DNA of 62,226 bases, counting the filler, from Rhabdomonas costata (Eukaryota): assembly GCA_019059605.1 (NCBI GenBank). It is 17 parts of 17 records of this genome, joined end to end, with 100 filler letters (N's around TTAATTAATTAA, not from the genome) between each part and the next. Parts side by side here need not be neighbours in the genome. Positions count along the whole stretch, not along the records: positions 36,616 to 40,198 come from JAHMHO010000728.1; positions 40,299 to 43,856 come from JAHMHO010000729.1; positions 43,957 to 47,504 come from JAHMHO010000730.1; positions 47,605 to 51,160 come from JAHMHO010000731.1; 13 more parts are not named here. One strand, 5' to 3'. The stretch's first letter is position 1; each line of letters opens with the position of its first letter. Both the position numbers and the translations under genes were made by a program. Below the pieces are notes generated by a model, which saw only the letters and a list, made by a program, of their open reading frames with translations, searched no databases and was not told where the DNA came from. Positions 38,887-51,260 of this stretch are shown one piece after another.

Positions 38887-39599
38887 ATGAGCGTCAATGA
38901 AGCATGTGCATACTTTGCTGTCTCACATCGTGAATGTGATGTTTTTAGCCACCGATGGAGTGAGTTTAGTTTCGAGGAGTGATACTTTTTCTGCCATCGA
39001 ATCGTTCGGTTAGGGGATTTTTTACTCCTGTGTGATCGAGTGTTGGTTGGGGGCCTTTGAGCGGAAACCAAAGATCAGCTCAGTGATTCGTCTGAAATGA
39101 GGTGTGGTGGGAAACGTGGTTGTGTTATATTCATGGGGAGTGAAAATATTTCGATTTTAAGGGAAGCAGCCGGCCACTGGGTGGTGGAGCCGCTATATGA
39201 GCTGCTGGGCTGTGATGGGTGCGGTTCGTCAAAAGCCTTGATTTGGTTTAGGAAAATGTTTGGATGTAAATTGAGTGGTGCGCGTGTAGTCCCTCAACTT
39301 GTCCTGAAACTTTCTCGTCGAAATTGCTATGCCAGAGGGAAACAACCGCATTTAATGCAAGGGGGTGTTGACCCCCCCTGGATTGCCGTGGATACGAGGC
39401 GTGTGGTTCATGCTATTCTAGATTTCGTTTAGATTGTGCCGCAGCACTTTCCAGGGAATCAAAGGAGCATCAAGAAGTTTTGTTACATTCTTCTTGTACA
39501 GCAAACTCCCAATTTCTCTCACTGTCAGGGTTTTTTGTGCTCTCCCTCACTCCCACACTCTGAGGTGTACGTCTCTGCGCGCTTTGGACCTGGACTTTC

Positions 39600-39922
39600 T
39601 GTACCTACGTTGTTTGATGGTGATGGTGAAGGCTTTGTTTTTGTGACCAGTGATGAGAGCAAATATTATATCGGAAAAGCTTTGTATCGTTCGAATAGCG
39701 ACGCAGGTGGCGGGAGGCATTATTTTCAAGATGGGCGATCCTTTTCGATATTACACCTGTATGGGTTGCCAGCCAAATATGTGTATGGACGATTGTGCTT
39801 CCTGGGAGCCCGGACAAGCTCGTGCCCCCTCTTCCCGCTCTGTTGTTGTCAGCAATGGAGTTGCACATGTTTCCTCCGTTGCAGAAGCAATCCATATCAT
39901 ATCCGCCGAAGTCACAGATTAG
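39600..39922 (+). pseudogene. Possible GIY-YIG endonuclease relic (Penelope-like?)
   Basis: EGFVFVTSDESKYYIGKALYR...KYVYGRLCFLG...P, then after a frameshift VAEAIHI; motif resemblance only. Confidence 0.35.
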
Positions 39923-40081
39923 ATAGTATGTAATTGTACCCACTCACACATCTGGCCAACAACCGACAAGCGGTGAACTACGCCTATGAAATTCTACAAC
40001 CAGGGGACTCGAGACTTGCCGCGACGCCAGTTGGTCCCATGGAGGAAGGAGGTCCCCGTATTAGCCGGCTCGCTATGCAAT

Positions 40082-40121
40082 CACACACACAGACACACAC
40101 ACACACACACACACACACACA
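40082..40121. repeat. (CA)n microsatellite; other dinucleotide runs at ~42710-42748 (CA), 53539-53581 (CT), 58642-58671 (GT), 60138-60167 (GA), 62145-62175 (GT)
   Basis: Direct inspection. Confidence 0.9.
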
Positions 40122-40760
40122 GCAAGCAGCCCCCAGTGCCCTGAATCAGTCCTTTCAGTTCAGTCGATTGCGTCGATTATGAAAAAGCACACAAAAACNN
40201 NNNNNNNNNNNNNNNNNNNNNNNNNNNNNNNNNNNNNNNNNNTTAATTAATTAANNNNNNNNNNNNNNNNNNNNNNNNNNNNNNNNNNNNNNNNNNNNGG
40301 GGGGGTGGGTCCTTTCTTTTTTCGTTGTTGTTTAACGGTAAGTCTTTCAGAAGCATGTCGTTGCTTCGGCGATGCTGTGAACTGTTGCATCGAGTTAATT
40401 TTGCTTATTCGGGATGTCTTGGGCCGCTAGGCGCAGCGGAACGGCCCAAGATCCCAGGTGCTAGTGCACTGCAGTCTCTGAAAAGGGTCCCCGAAGTGTG
40501 TTTGTTTGGTCTCGCCGGGGGTTGGGTTTCAATTTTGCAATTCTGTGAAGTTTTCATCAAAATTTTTACAGCGTCGTTTTTGTAAGTTCCAAAATTTTCA
40601 TCGGTGCAATCAAATTTTTTTATAGCGATCACAAAAGAATATTGAATTTTTATAGCACCGCTGTGTAGAAATTTTATGGCGATTGTTGTCCCACCTTCCC
40701 AGAGACCTTTTTCCTGGAGCATCGGTTTCGCCTGCTCGCACTCGTGTGCTTTGGGCGCAG

Positions 40761-42706
40761 AGTGACTCTTTTCGAAGCGAGCAGCTTTCGCCGCACTTCG
40801 TCGAGGCACGTGAGCTTCACCGTGGTCTTGACGAGGATGGCAACAAGACCGTCAACGAGTACGTTGTCGTGGGGCATCTGGGGTCGGGCGCCTATGGCAA
40901 GGTCTCCCCTTCCATTTTCTCCTCTCGACTCCCTACCAAAAGCAGAGTTCCTCCGATATGTCAGGCAACTCTTCCGGTCAAAGCAACTTTAGAAAGTTTC
41001 ACCCAAACCCAAATAACAAGAGCGTGCACCACTTCCAAACCGCCGTGGAAATTGACATCTCACCTCCCACTCCCGCCCCTTCCATGTGGAAGTTCGACTG
41101 TGACACTCCACGGGGCCTCTCAACCCGCATTGATCCACGTGGCCGAGATTCAGATTTCTGCCCTAAAGCTTCAGCCGGTAACATGAAAGCCCTAATGTGA
41201 AATGGCATTCCTGTGTGGTTTCCCTGTTCGCGTTTCAGGTCAAGCTTGCCGTACATCGGGAAACCGAGCAACCTGTCGCGATCAAGGTGGTGAACAAATC
41301 CCTCCTGGCCCGCCTGGACAAGAAGATGGACGGCCGCAGTGCTCTGGATAAAGTTCTTGTGGAGGTTGCCATTATGAAGAAGGTATTCGGGTTTCCACGG
41401 CGGGTCACTTTGATGAGAGGATGCGCTCTGCATGCTATTGTCTGAAAAATGGCTTCACCTGTAAAAACCTACAAATTCAAAGGTCTGACGCTGATTTGAA
41501 CGGATTTGAATTTGGAATTGAGTGTAATTTTGAACTGGTCGCATTAAACAATTTGGAGATTTGTTTCGCCAAGTATTGAGACATCCTCGATTTCCTTGCG
41601 GAAACCTCCGTTTTTCCAGCAACTCGGAAGGCAAGACAGAGCACAACAATGCCATGGGCCTAGTCCTTGAGTCCATGAGCGTAGTCACGGGCGTCTCTAA
41701 AAGTGGGGCGGGCGGGAGTGCAGTGACACGTGTCAACAAAAAGAACAGGAAAGAGAGAGTGGAAAAACATCAGTATTTGGACTTCGAACCGAACGTTTGT
41801 CACCTCCGAGGAACTCGAGCGTTGCTGAATGTGATCATTTTCACTATGTTTGCACTGATGAAAACCTACTGTGGTTTTGTTTTGATCACGCGTTCATGCT
41901 TTGCGCCCCAGTTGGACCACCCCAACGTGGTGAAGCTCTTTCAGCTCATCGATGATCCCTCTAAGAACAAGATGTACCTTGGTGTGCAAGCGCGTGTGTT
42001 GGGCGGAGTGGCAAATTGTCGATGGATTCAATGTTTCCTCAACTTGGATTTGAACCACCTTGGCAAATGTCGCCTGCAATTGCCAGCTTTTCCAGCACGA
42101 TCAGGAGTAATCCAAGCGCAGCGTCAAGAAAGTTCTGTACTGGGTGCGACGAAAAGGATGTGAATCTCAATTGAGTGCTGAGAGTTTGGGGGTCTTTCGT
42201 TTCTGAATGAAAGAGTGCTTTTGCTTGGTACTTTTCTGCCCTGCTTGTGCACTGTGTACTGGCTCGCGGGGTGTGCCTTCCCGATGCCAATTCCTATGTA
42301 GTCGTGACCTTCCGAAACCATAGAGCGCTTCTCTGGCTGTCTCTCAGTTTTGGAGTATGTGGAGAACGGCCCAATCTTCAACACGAAGGGGCAGAAAGAG
42401 GGGCTACCCGTGCCCAGGCTGCGCAAGTACACCTTCGAGATCGCTCGGGGGCTGCACTATTGTATCTCTGTCTATCTTATCCTTTCGTTCATAACCCCCA
42501 CCTCAACCACAGCTCCGTTGCATCCATCATCCGTCCGCATCTCGCACATGCAGACCGACCCATCCTCCGATTTCAGCATCCCACAAAACCCGATCTCCAC
42601 CCCACAGTTACAAAGAACACACCGAACAGGCGGATGTGGTGCCAGGTACCTCAGTAACGCATGAGATCTTTTAGCTTCAGTGGTCGCCTTTCACCCTCAC
42701 TTGCAG

Positions 42707-42750
<44 letters not shown>

Positions 42751-43544
42751 TCTCACTCTCTATTGCTGTTTCCAAAAAAGTTGTGCACCATCATTCAGAA
42801 TTTAGATGCAAAGTAAAAAAATTTATAGAGAGAAACAACCCGGCACTGCGGCAATAGTGGTTGCTAACACAGGGTCGGGAGCCTCCGCTATTACGCTTGA
42901 CACCAAGAAAGCACGGCCTTCACAGACAAAGAGAAAGGTAAGGGAGAAGAGGACGAGTGGAAGGAAGATAAGGGGAAAAAATCGGATGTTTCCTATTCAC
43001 GCCTGCCTCCCGCTTGCCTCCCCTCAAATTGTACGGTTCGCCCTACACCTCTCCACTTTGTAATGTGCGGCTGTTGTGTTTTTTTCTCATGTTTTTCTTG
43101 ACCAAAATTGGTGTCCTTTCCGTTTTTCCCGAGAACAGGGATGAAATGCGACGTGAGTGTACAGGGAGTAGCGCCAGAAGACCCTGCTAACAGAAACGGT
43201 AGGGGTAGGGGAATCTCTGAGGGTCAAAGCGTGTTGGGTGAAAAAAAAAAGTCAAGAGTTTCTCCAACGGCTTTGATTTGCATGTGCGCTTCCTTAAAGA
43301 TGACCTGGACTTACCGTCAAATGTATCATCTTCCAACTCTGTGCGAGAACTAAACATTTCATCGCCCTCTAACCACCTGCAAAAGTTTTACTGTGATGCT
43401 CAACGAATCGTCTAACACCCGTTAATGGTTCTCGGCTAACACCCATTCCCGCCCGGTTGACAGTGCACGAGCACCATATCGTTCACCGCGACATCAAGCC
43501 AGAGAACATCCTGCTTTCCAAGGACGATGTGGTGAAGCTCACGG
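40761..43544 (+). CDS. CaMKK/GRIK/SAK1-family Ser/Thr kinase, partial; exons 40761-40901, 41239-41382, 41912-41981, 42348-42461, 43464-43544
   Basis: DEDGNKTVNEY...LGSGAYGK|VKL...VAIK...EVAIMKK|LDHPNVVKL...DDP...MYL|VLEYVENG...GLHY|LHEHHIVHRDIKPENILL; all GT-AG and phase-consistent. Confidence 0.93.
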
Positions 43545-46500
43545 GTTGACCGCCCCTCCTTCTCCACTCCCATACCCAGCCGCATGCAGTCCCTAATTAG
43601 CTCTGCTTTTCTGAGCCGTATGTGAAACGCAAAACGAGCCGAGGTCTCCGGAATGACTTTGTACATCTATCAAAGTTCAAAAACTCAAAATCAAGGGCTG
43701 CACACATATGTCTCGGTTCCCCCTAGGTTTTTCTGGAAAGCGTGCAAACGCAACTGAACCACAGGCACGCATGAACAAATAAGAGGAAGGAAATCAGATG
43801 AGGTTAGGCTGTTGCAGCAAACCACGAAAAGTGACTCCCCCCCCCCCTGAATAATGNNNNNNNNNNNNNNNNNNNNNNNNNNNNNNNNNNNNNNNNNNNN
43901 TTAATTAATTAANNNNNNNNNNNNNNNNNNNNNNNNNNNNNNNNNNNNNNNNNNNNTAATATGGCATATCATTATCAGTGAAAAGCATTTTAATTAGTTA
44001 GGCACTTAAAAACTCAAACTATCATTGGCCGTTGGCACAAACAGAACCAGAGCCCGTTACGAATATGTAAGGCTCGATAAAGCCTCTGGAATTGCTGGTC
44101 TAATTTTTGCGGGTCAACACGTTTTCAACCACCTTTCCACGTTTTCAGCTTCCATTATACCATTCGTAGGACCGTTGATCGTATGAACAATTTTTTAGAC
44201 TTTTTGTGATTGCCATGCCCCTCTAACCTGGCTGTTGGGGGCTCCATTGGCATGCGGTTTTTCTGATATGTCCTCCCGGGCGGCTCGTGCAGGACAAGGC
44301 CGGCGTGGCAACCAGCGGCACGCAAAGTCTTTGTCGGGCAAAATTTCCATGAATGATCCCCCCGCGCATATAGGCGGTTAAGCGCGGAGGATCCTCCTCA
44401 GATGTTTTGTGTGGGTAGATGTCTTAAGGTGGATGTGCGTTGGTTTGCGCCGGCCCCTTGACCTCAAAATGATCCGGATCCTTTTCTGGAGGGCATTTTT
44501 GCGCCGCGGAACCTGGGTAAAAGCAAAAAAGCTGCGGACCCAAAAATCGAAGTGAAACGATACCAATGTGCCGCCGGGTAGTTGCTTAAGGGCTCTTTCC
44601 CCCGCAAGAATCAAAATGACACCTCTTTTTCGGGCTGTTTCGCGGCAAAGCGGTTCATACCGAATTTTAATGCAATAACCAGCACCGATAGAACCAATCA
44701 ATTAAAAAGACTTTGAAATCAGGTTTGGCGGACCCGAAAAATTTTGGAATCCCGGGGCCACATTCCAAAAAGGCCCCTATATCATTCAAAAAAACGGACA
44801 GGGTCAAAACGAAGACCGACACCTGAAAAAGAGACATGGGTAGAGAAAGTACGATCCCATACTCAACTACCCTCAAAGTGTAAAGGGGGGCAAAAAGGTT
44901 CGAGAAAAAGAAAACGGGAGGAACCGAGCGGACAACACAGCGGCGAAGATATCGAGAAAAGACGTTCTTCGCGGGCCCCTTGGCACGAAGAGGCCAAGGA
45001 AGGGGGAAGGAAAGGGAAAAAAACCAACTCAAGCGCCTGAGTTAAAGAGGTCAGAAACCGCGCTGAATTCATCACAAGAACTGTACCGCCTGGTATAAAC
45101 GCCTCTATCTGCGAAACGGGCGTGCTTCAGCCAAGCCAGTTTCCCATGTTCTCTTGGTTCCACGTTCTCCTTTCTCTGCTACTGCCGTCTATTTTGCTTT
45201 CTACCCACCCTAACCCCCTTCCCGGGGGAAACCGTGCTTGCGGGGGTGGGGGGTCCTTCTAATGGGATATTTTAGCCATTACTGTAGCGTATAAGTGCCA
45301 TTATAATACCATTATAATGGCTGCAAAATAACACAAAAGGATAACGTTCACTGGCACCCAACCAAGTAACCTCTACACCCCTTCCCGTTTTCCGTCTCCG
45401 TTATCCAGGAGGTTTTCCAGGATTAAAGGAGCTGATGTTGGGGCGCGAGGGACGTGCACCTTCCTTCCCTTCAGCAAGAAGAAGGAAAGCGAGCAAAAGG
45501 CCAACACGCAGACGGCTGAGTGTTGCAAAGTGCAAGGCCACAGCCCAAAACCAACAACAAAACCGTCACAATGGAAATCGGCGGCGGCGGATCGCCCGGA
45601 GAGGGATCGCCGTGGGCAAATGCAGAAGAGAAGCAGACACACACAAGGGCAAGAACACACAGACAAAGGATGACATCCGCACATACAAATACAAGGCACA
45701 AGGCACAAAGCGAGCAAAAGGATTTTATGGAAATGCCACCGCATTCTGAGAGTAAGAAGGAAAGCGGGTGGAAGCATCGCCCTCCTACCCCGACACAGGG
45801 CAAAGTCCATAGCACTCAAAACTTCAACGCGAGGCAGCACGAACACCGTCGCCTTTACAGGGTGTCCGCGAGATCTTGGAAACCCCACCACAAAACCATG
45901 GATTGCTGGCCTTTCGAGGGTGGCCTTCGACCTGCCGAGCTGGGCTTGGAGCATGCCGAGTCACGGTGGGCCTAAACAAGCACAGATTATACCAAGGGTA
46001 ATACAAAGGGTAATGTCCCATTCCCACAGTCTTGTACATGCGGGATGCTATATGGTATTTGCATGGCTTCATATCCAGCTCAGTACTTTCACATCTAGGA
46101 GGAGGGACACGAACGCAGTGAGTGTCACGACGACATCAACAGCAGGAGCGAAGGCGTAGCCATAGCGACCCTTCATCTTCTCTCTTACCGGGATGCCACT
46201 CCTCACGTCGGACCTCCCTCTCTCTTACTGGTTGGAGGAACATGAGAACATTGCCACGACAGGGGCTAGGACGAATGTGACGACTGGCCGCAAGGAACAT
46301 GAGCATCACGACCGCAGGGAGTGATTGCGAATGTGACCCAGTGAGCGTAAGCGCGTAGCGGGGGAGCGAACCATGGCATCATCAACCATCATCAGCATCC
46401 CTTACGCATCCCTCCATCACCCTTGCGTCAGGATACGCATCAACCCATGACAACCTTGCATCTGGGAGGGTAGAGGCGTATTGTCACTCCTTGCATGCTG

Positions 46501-47829
46501 AGAGGGTGAGGGTGTCAGCGTCACTCCTTCACCGGTTCATGCAGCAGGTACCTGGGTGGATGTGATTTGTGTCCCTCTTGCTACCATCAGCCCTCAGTGT
46601 GGGTGTGACGGTAAGCAGTGGTCAGCAGGGTACGCGTAGTCACCCTCTAACTCACGACTACCAGCAGGTCTCAAGCACCAGCATCGCACAGCCATCATGT
46701 CAACATCACCCTTTCACCTTCTACGCTCTCACCACTGGAGGGAGGAAGGAGGATGGATGTTGCATGTCGCCCTCGGCGGGCTCCACTCGGAGTTTGTCAC
46801 CAAGGGGCTATGCTGACATCTGGTGCTTGGAGCGGCCTACGGGTGCAGCATCGATCCTCATGTACCTCTTGCACCAACTCTAGGACCAGGTGTGTAGCGT
46901 CAACCACCATGGTAGAGGGTGTAGGGAGTGGGTCGTGTGCATCCATGCCACCTGTGGTGCGGTTCCAACATCAGTGATAGTGCAACCAACAGTGGGTAGG
47001 ACTGCTGTGACCAACATCACCATCGCTAGTACTACTGCACGTGGGTTCCTCAAGGTGTGTTGTACCGTATGCCCTTACGCATGGTTCTACTCCATCCATG
47101 AGTCCTGCACCCAGCCTCCTACGGGATGTGATGCAGCGCCAGACTCCCCTGGGGCTCACAGGCATTGCCACTTGTCGTGGTTACCCAGCAAGCTCACCCC
47201 AGGCACCATCATCGGGCTAAGTAACATGGGTTGAGTGGCTCCTCCCACACCCACACGTTGACCCTGACACCCTACGCACCCTCCGTCACGACCCTCCTCT
47301 CCCTCTCCCTCTCAACCCACGCACCCTCCATCCTCCACGAAATCCACGCACCCACCGTCACCGTCACCCTCACCATCATCACGAACCCCAGACCCTCCGT
47401 GGGTCTGGGGTCACGAACCGCAGACCCTCCGACACCGAACCCTCATGCTGACCTCTGACACCGAACCCTCCTGTCAATCCCACACCACCCTCCAACCCAC
47501 CATGNNNNNNNNNNNNNNNNNNNNNNNNNNNNNNNNNNNNNNNNNNNNTTAATTAATTAANNNNNNNNNNNNNNNNNNNNNNNNNNNNNNNNNNNNNNNN
47601 NNNNTGGTGTTTGTTCGTCTTTTTTTTCACTCCGCCCTGCCCCAAGGGCAATGGAAATCATCGTTGTGGTGGGGGTGGGGCAACACGCAAGGGTCCATTT
47701 CCATTGCCCTTGGGGCAGGGCGGAGTGAAAAAAAAGACGAACAAACGAAAAAAAAAAAAGACGCACAAAAGCGATGGGGAAAGCAAAAGCGTAACAAGGG
47801 TGGGCCTTGCAGACACGTGCACGCGCAAC

Positions 47830-50828
47830 AGCGACCGTGTCGGGGTGTCATGAGGCTGGCCTTGGCAGCGCAGCAACAGCCCTGCATACGCAGCCATCGC
47901 CTGTCCCAATCAAAAAGAAATAAAGAACAACCCCCGAGACCCCTCGCCACCTGTGACAAATAAAAAGAGAGAAAAACAGGTCCCCAATAAAATGCAGGCG
48001 AGCTTGAGCAGCCCGCCAACCTGGTAGAAGCCATACTGGTTGTGCACGTACTTGTGCTTCAAGCCGCCGAAGTGTTCTGCATTCTTGTCCATAGTGAGCT
48101 CAGTCCCACTGAATACAGATGGCTGTGAGAGTGAAAGTGCTGGGAAAGAAAGTGAAGAGACACTAAAAAGAAAAGCGCGGGCAAAAAAACACCCTTCAAC
48201 CTCATTCATATCAATCCACGTGTACAGAATCGGAGTCGATCCCTGAAGCAAAGTTACACCATCATCAGTGATCGGCTCATCTTTGCCAAAATTCAAGTGT
48301 GGGGAGACAAGCCGCGGGGAAACCTTGTAACGATCGTACTTGAACAGTGTGGCGTACCAATCACGCACCTCGGGGTTCACAAAGTCAAGCCAAGACGAAG
48401 AACCTGAACAAAGCAAGGAGATAAAACACGATATTACAGAGTTTGCCAAAAACTGTCTCATCTCAGAAAAAACGGAAAAATGCGAAAAACAGCTTTTCTA
48501 TAACTCCGATAGCAAATCGCAGAAAAAAAGCTAAAAACGGCTTCGAGACGCAGAGGGTTCACCAAGTCCGGAGAGGGTTCACAAAGTCCGGAGGTGCTGT
48601 TTTCTAACCACTTGGCCACTGGACTTGTTCCCGCAGCTTTTACCCTGCCTCTAAGGCATGGTATTCGACGTCATGCTGAACGTTACAGATTCAAAAAAAG
48701 AACTCGAATGTATCAGCGATTGTGTCCCAAGTCAACCATGAAGCAAACTACACAAGAAACTATCAAACATTATACGCCGTTATGTGACGAAAAAAAAATG
48801 CAAATCAACCTGGCCAGCAATGCCCTTCGAAGTCGGAGGCCCCACCAGCGTTCTTGATAAAGTAGCCTTTGGCCGTGGCTTCATCAAACACATAGTATCC
48901 CTGCGCCCGCTTGATGTGGGGGTCCGTAATTGTAACGAGCTTTTGAAGGAGAGCGATGGGAACATAAAAAGGCAACCTCAATTACAAAAACCCAGCTGTG
49001 ATAGCCTTACGCACCTTTCTGCCTTTCAACGCAATCTTCTCCTGCATTTGCTCTGGGTTCGGGAAGTTTTGTGGGTCCCAGGTGAAGTACCGCTTCCCAT
49101 CGGTGTGCTCAATATCCAGCCAAATGACGTCGTAGGGAATGTCGTGGGTATCAAAGCCCTCGTCCACCTGTAGAGTGTCCTCCTCGCTGCGATAATTCCA
49201 CCGGCACTGGTGGTATCCAAGCGCGAAGAGCGGAGGTAGGTGAGGCTTTCCTGGAATCCAGACAAGCAGCTCTCCAGCCATCCTAATACCGCTAAGGATA
49301 TATTGCTGAAAGCTCGCGAGTCAGCACACCAGTGAGGTACGACATCTGCTTGAGTACGTCCAGTGGCGTTGGCCCAGGAAGAAGGAAAACGTCCGCGATG
49401 CCACCTTCACTCTGCCATTTGGCGACTCTCCCATCAGAAACAGTCTGCAAAGAAAAGAAAATCAAAACCACACGCGGAAGAAAAATTATTGGTCCGTTGA
49501 ATCTTGCCAGAAAGAACGAAGAAACAGGAAGCAGGGACCAAAAGCAAGTCCTTGAAGTGAAAACTATTTGGGAGGGGACACGAAATGTAAAACAAATGGC
49601 TCAACGTCCAAGTCCACCCAACCCCCCCAGAACAAACACTGCAATCCCAGAGGAGACCTATTGCGAACTCTACACGTGGAAATCCCTGTTTGAGGTTTAC
49701 AGGAAGCAACTCATTAGTACAGTGCCCAAGCAAGCATCACACCTCCATCGTGCAAGATGTGTCCGCGGCATTCAGCCATACAAAACCGACCGTACGCGTG
49801 GTCGAATGCGCCATCAAATACGGCACGGCACCGTAAAGGCCTTGATCATTGTCGAGGGCATATTTAAAAATGTCCAAGTTCCACAGCCGGTACCTGAGAA
49901 GAACCAACGAAAGTCCCAAAAGCCCAAGATGATTTCCTCCTTCCTGAGGTTTGCTCGATATACGCCCTCACACACAAACAAACAAACCTATGTCCATCTT
50001 TGAGGCACAACACAACTGCACGTTCCGGGATGCCGTAAACCGTAACTGCTCCGTGAAAAGTCACAGAAGCTCCAACCTTCTCGGGTGAATCTAAAGGAAA
50101 CCAATGTAAAGACGTATAAAGAAACGGCAGCACGGTTGACCTGAGGTCGTTTAATGGAGATCCGAAAACAAACCAGCAGACCTTCCGATTTTTGATCCAA
50201 AGCAACGGAAATGGCGAGAACATCGTTGAGAAGGAAGTTCAGTGTTGAAGCAGTTTTGCTCGCGGTCAACAGAGACCTTTCCACCAGACCGTGCAACGAC
50301 CCTGAAGGAAAGAACACGCGTAAAATAAAACTGAAGAAGAAATGAGTGAAAGAAAATCCAAAGATGCTCATTTCCTTGAAGTACACATGCCGTGGGTGAA
50401 AGTGCGGTCTTCGCTGCTCTCTGAAAGAGAGTGCTTGTCCAAGGGGGAAGGCACAATGACATCTTTGACTTCGTATCCACCGTCGGATCTACGTATTCTC
50501 CAGATGCCATAATCATAGCTGTTGACCTGCCAAACAGAAGGAAGAACTAACCACCCAAACAAAAATCACATCGTGGTGTGCAGCAGGACCGCTTGGCTGC
50601 TTTCACAGGAAAACAGGATGCTGGGAAAAGAGGTAAATTGGCGAGCAAAATTGCTTTGCAAAAAAGTGATGCAAAAAATATGCAAAAATGTGCAAAAGCC
50701 CAAAGCCTTATTACAAGGGCAAGCATCAGAAGGGTTTGCGTCTGCTTCAGCAGGCACCAAGTGTGGGGGGTATGCAACTCCGTAACCTCCCACGGTGAAA
50801 TGCAGCACATCATAACTTCCCGCCTCTA
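47830..50828 (-). CDS. GANAB: GH31 neutral alpha-glucosidase (glucosidase II alpha-like), internal fragment, ~11 exons
   Basis: [102 protein letters not shown] (catalytic nucleophile), HNQYG. Confidence 0.9.
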
Positions 50829-51260
50829 CTGCAGCCCTCCCACCTCATTTTATTCTATGGATAAAATCAGGATTATGCTGCTTAAGGATTTCAGTCAGTT
50901 ATTACTCGGCGAAATTTGGTCCGCGACACACCCCCATGAGCTCTCAGCGACCACAAGCATTGACCTTTAAATAAATACATTACATTACAGTACCGAAAAT
51001 GCTTCACTTTGCAGCAGTGACACAGTGAGGATGAGCTCCAAAAAAAGCAACTTCATTGTTGTCTAACTCTGGAAACAACCCAACGGTAAAGTTACATTCC
51101 TACCCAAAATCCAAGGTTGCCCACCTACACACTATTTAACTGTTGTGTGTCAACCACACANNNNNNNNNNNNNNNNNNNNNNNNNNNNNNNNNNNNNNNN
51201 NNNNTTAATTAATTAANNNNNNNNNNNNNNNNNNNNNNNNNNNNNNNNNNNNNNNNNNNN

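Noticed and set aside
47609-47746. Perfect 50-bp-arm hairpin
   Set aside because: At the contig tip with perfect identity; same artefact class.
48554-48594. 20-bp tandem duplication GAGGGTTCAC(C/A)AAGTCCGGA
   Set aside because: Two-unit slippage duplication in an intron; no further structure.
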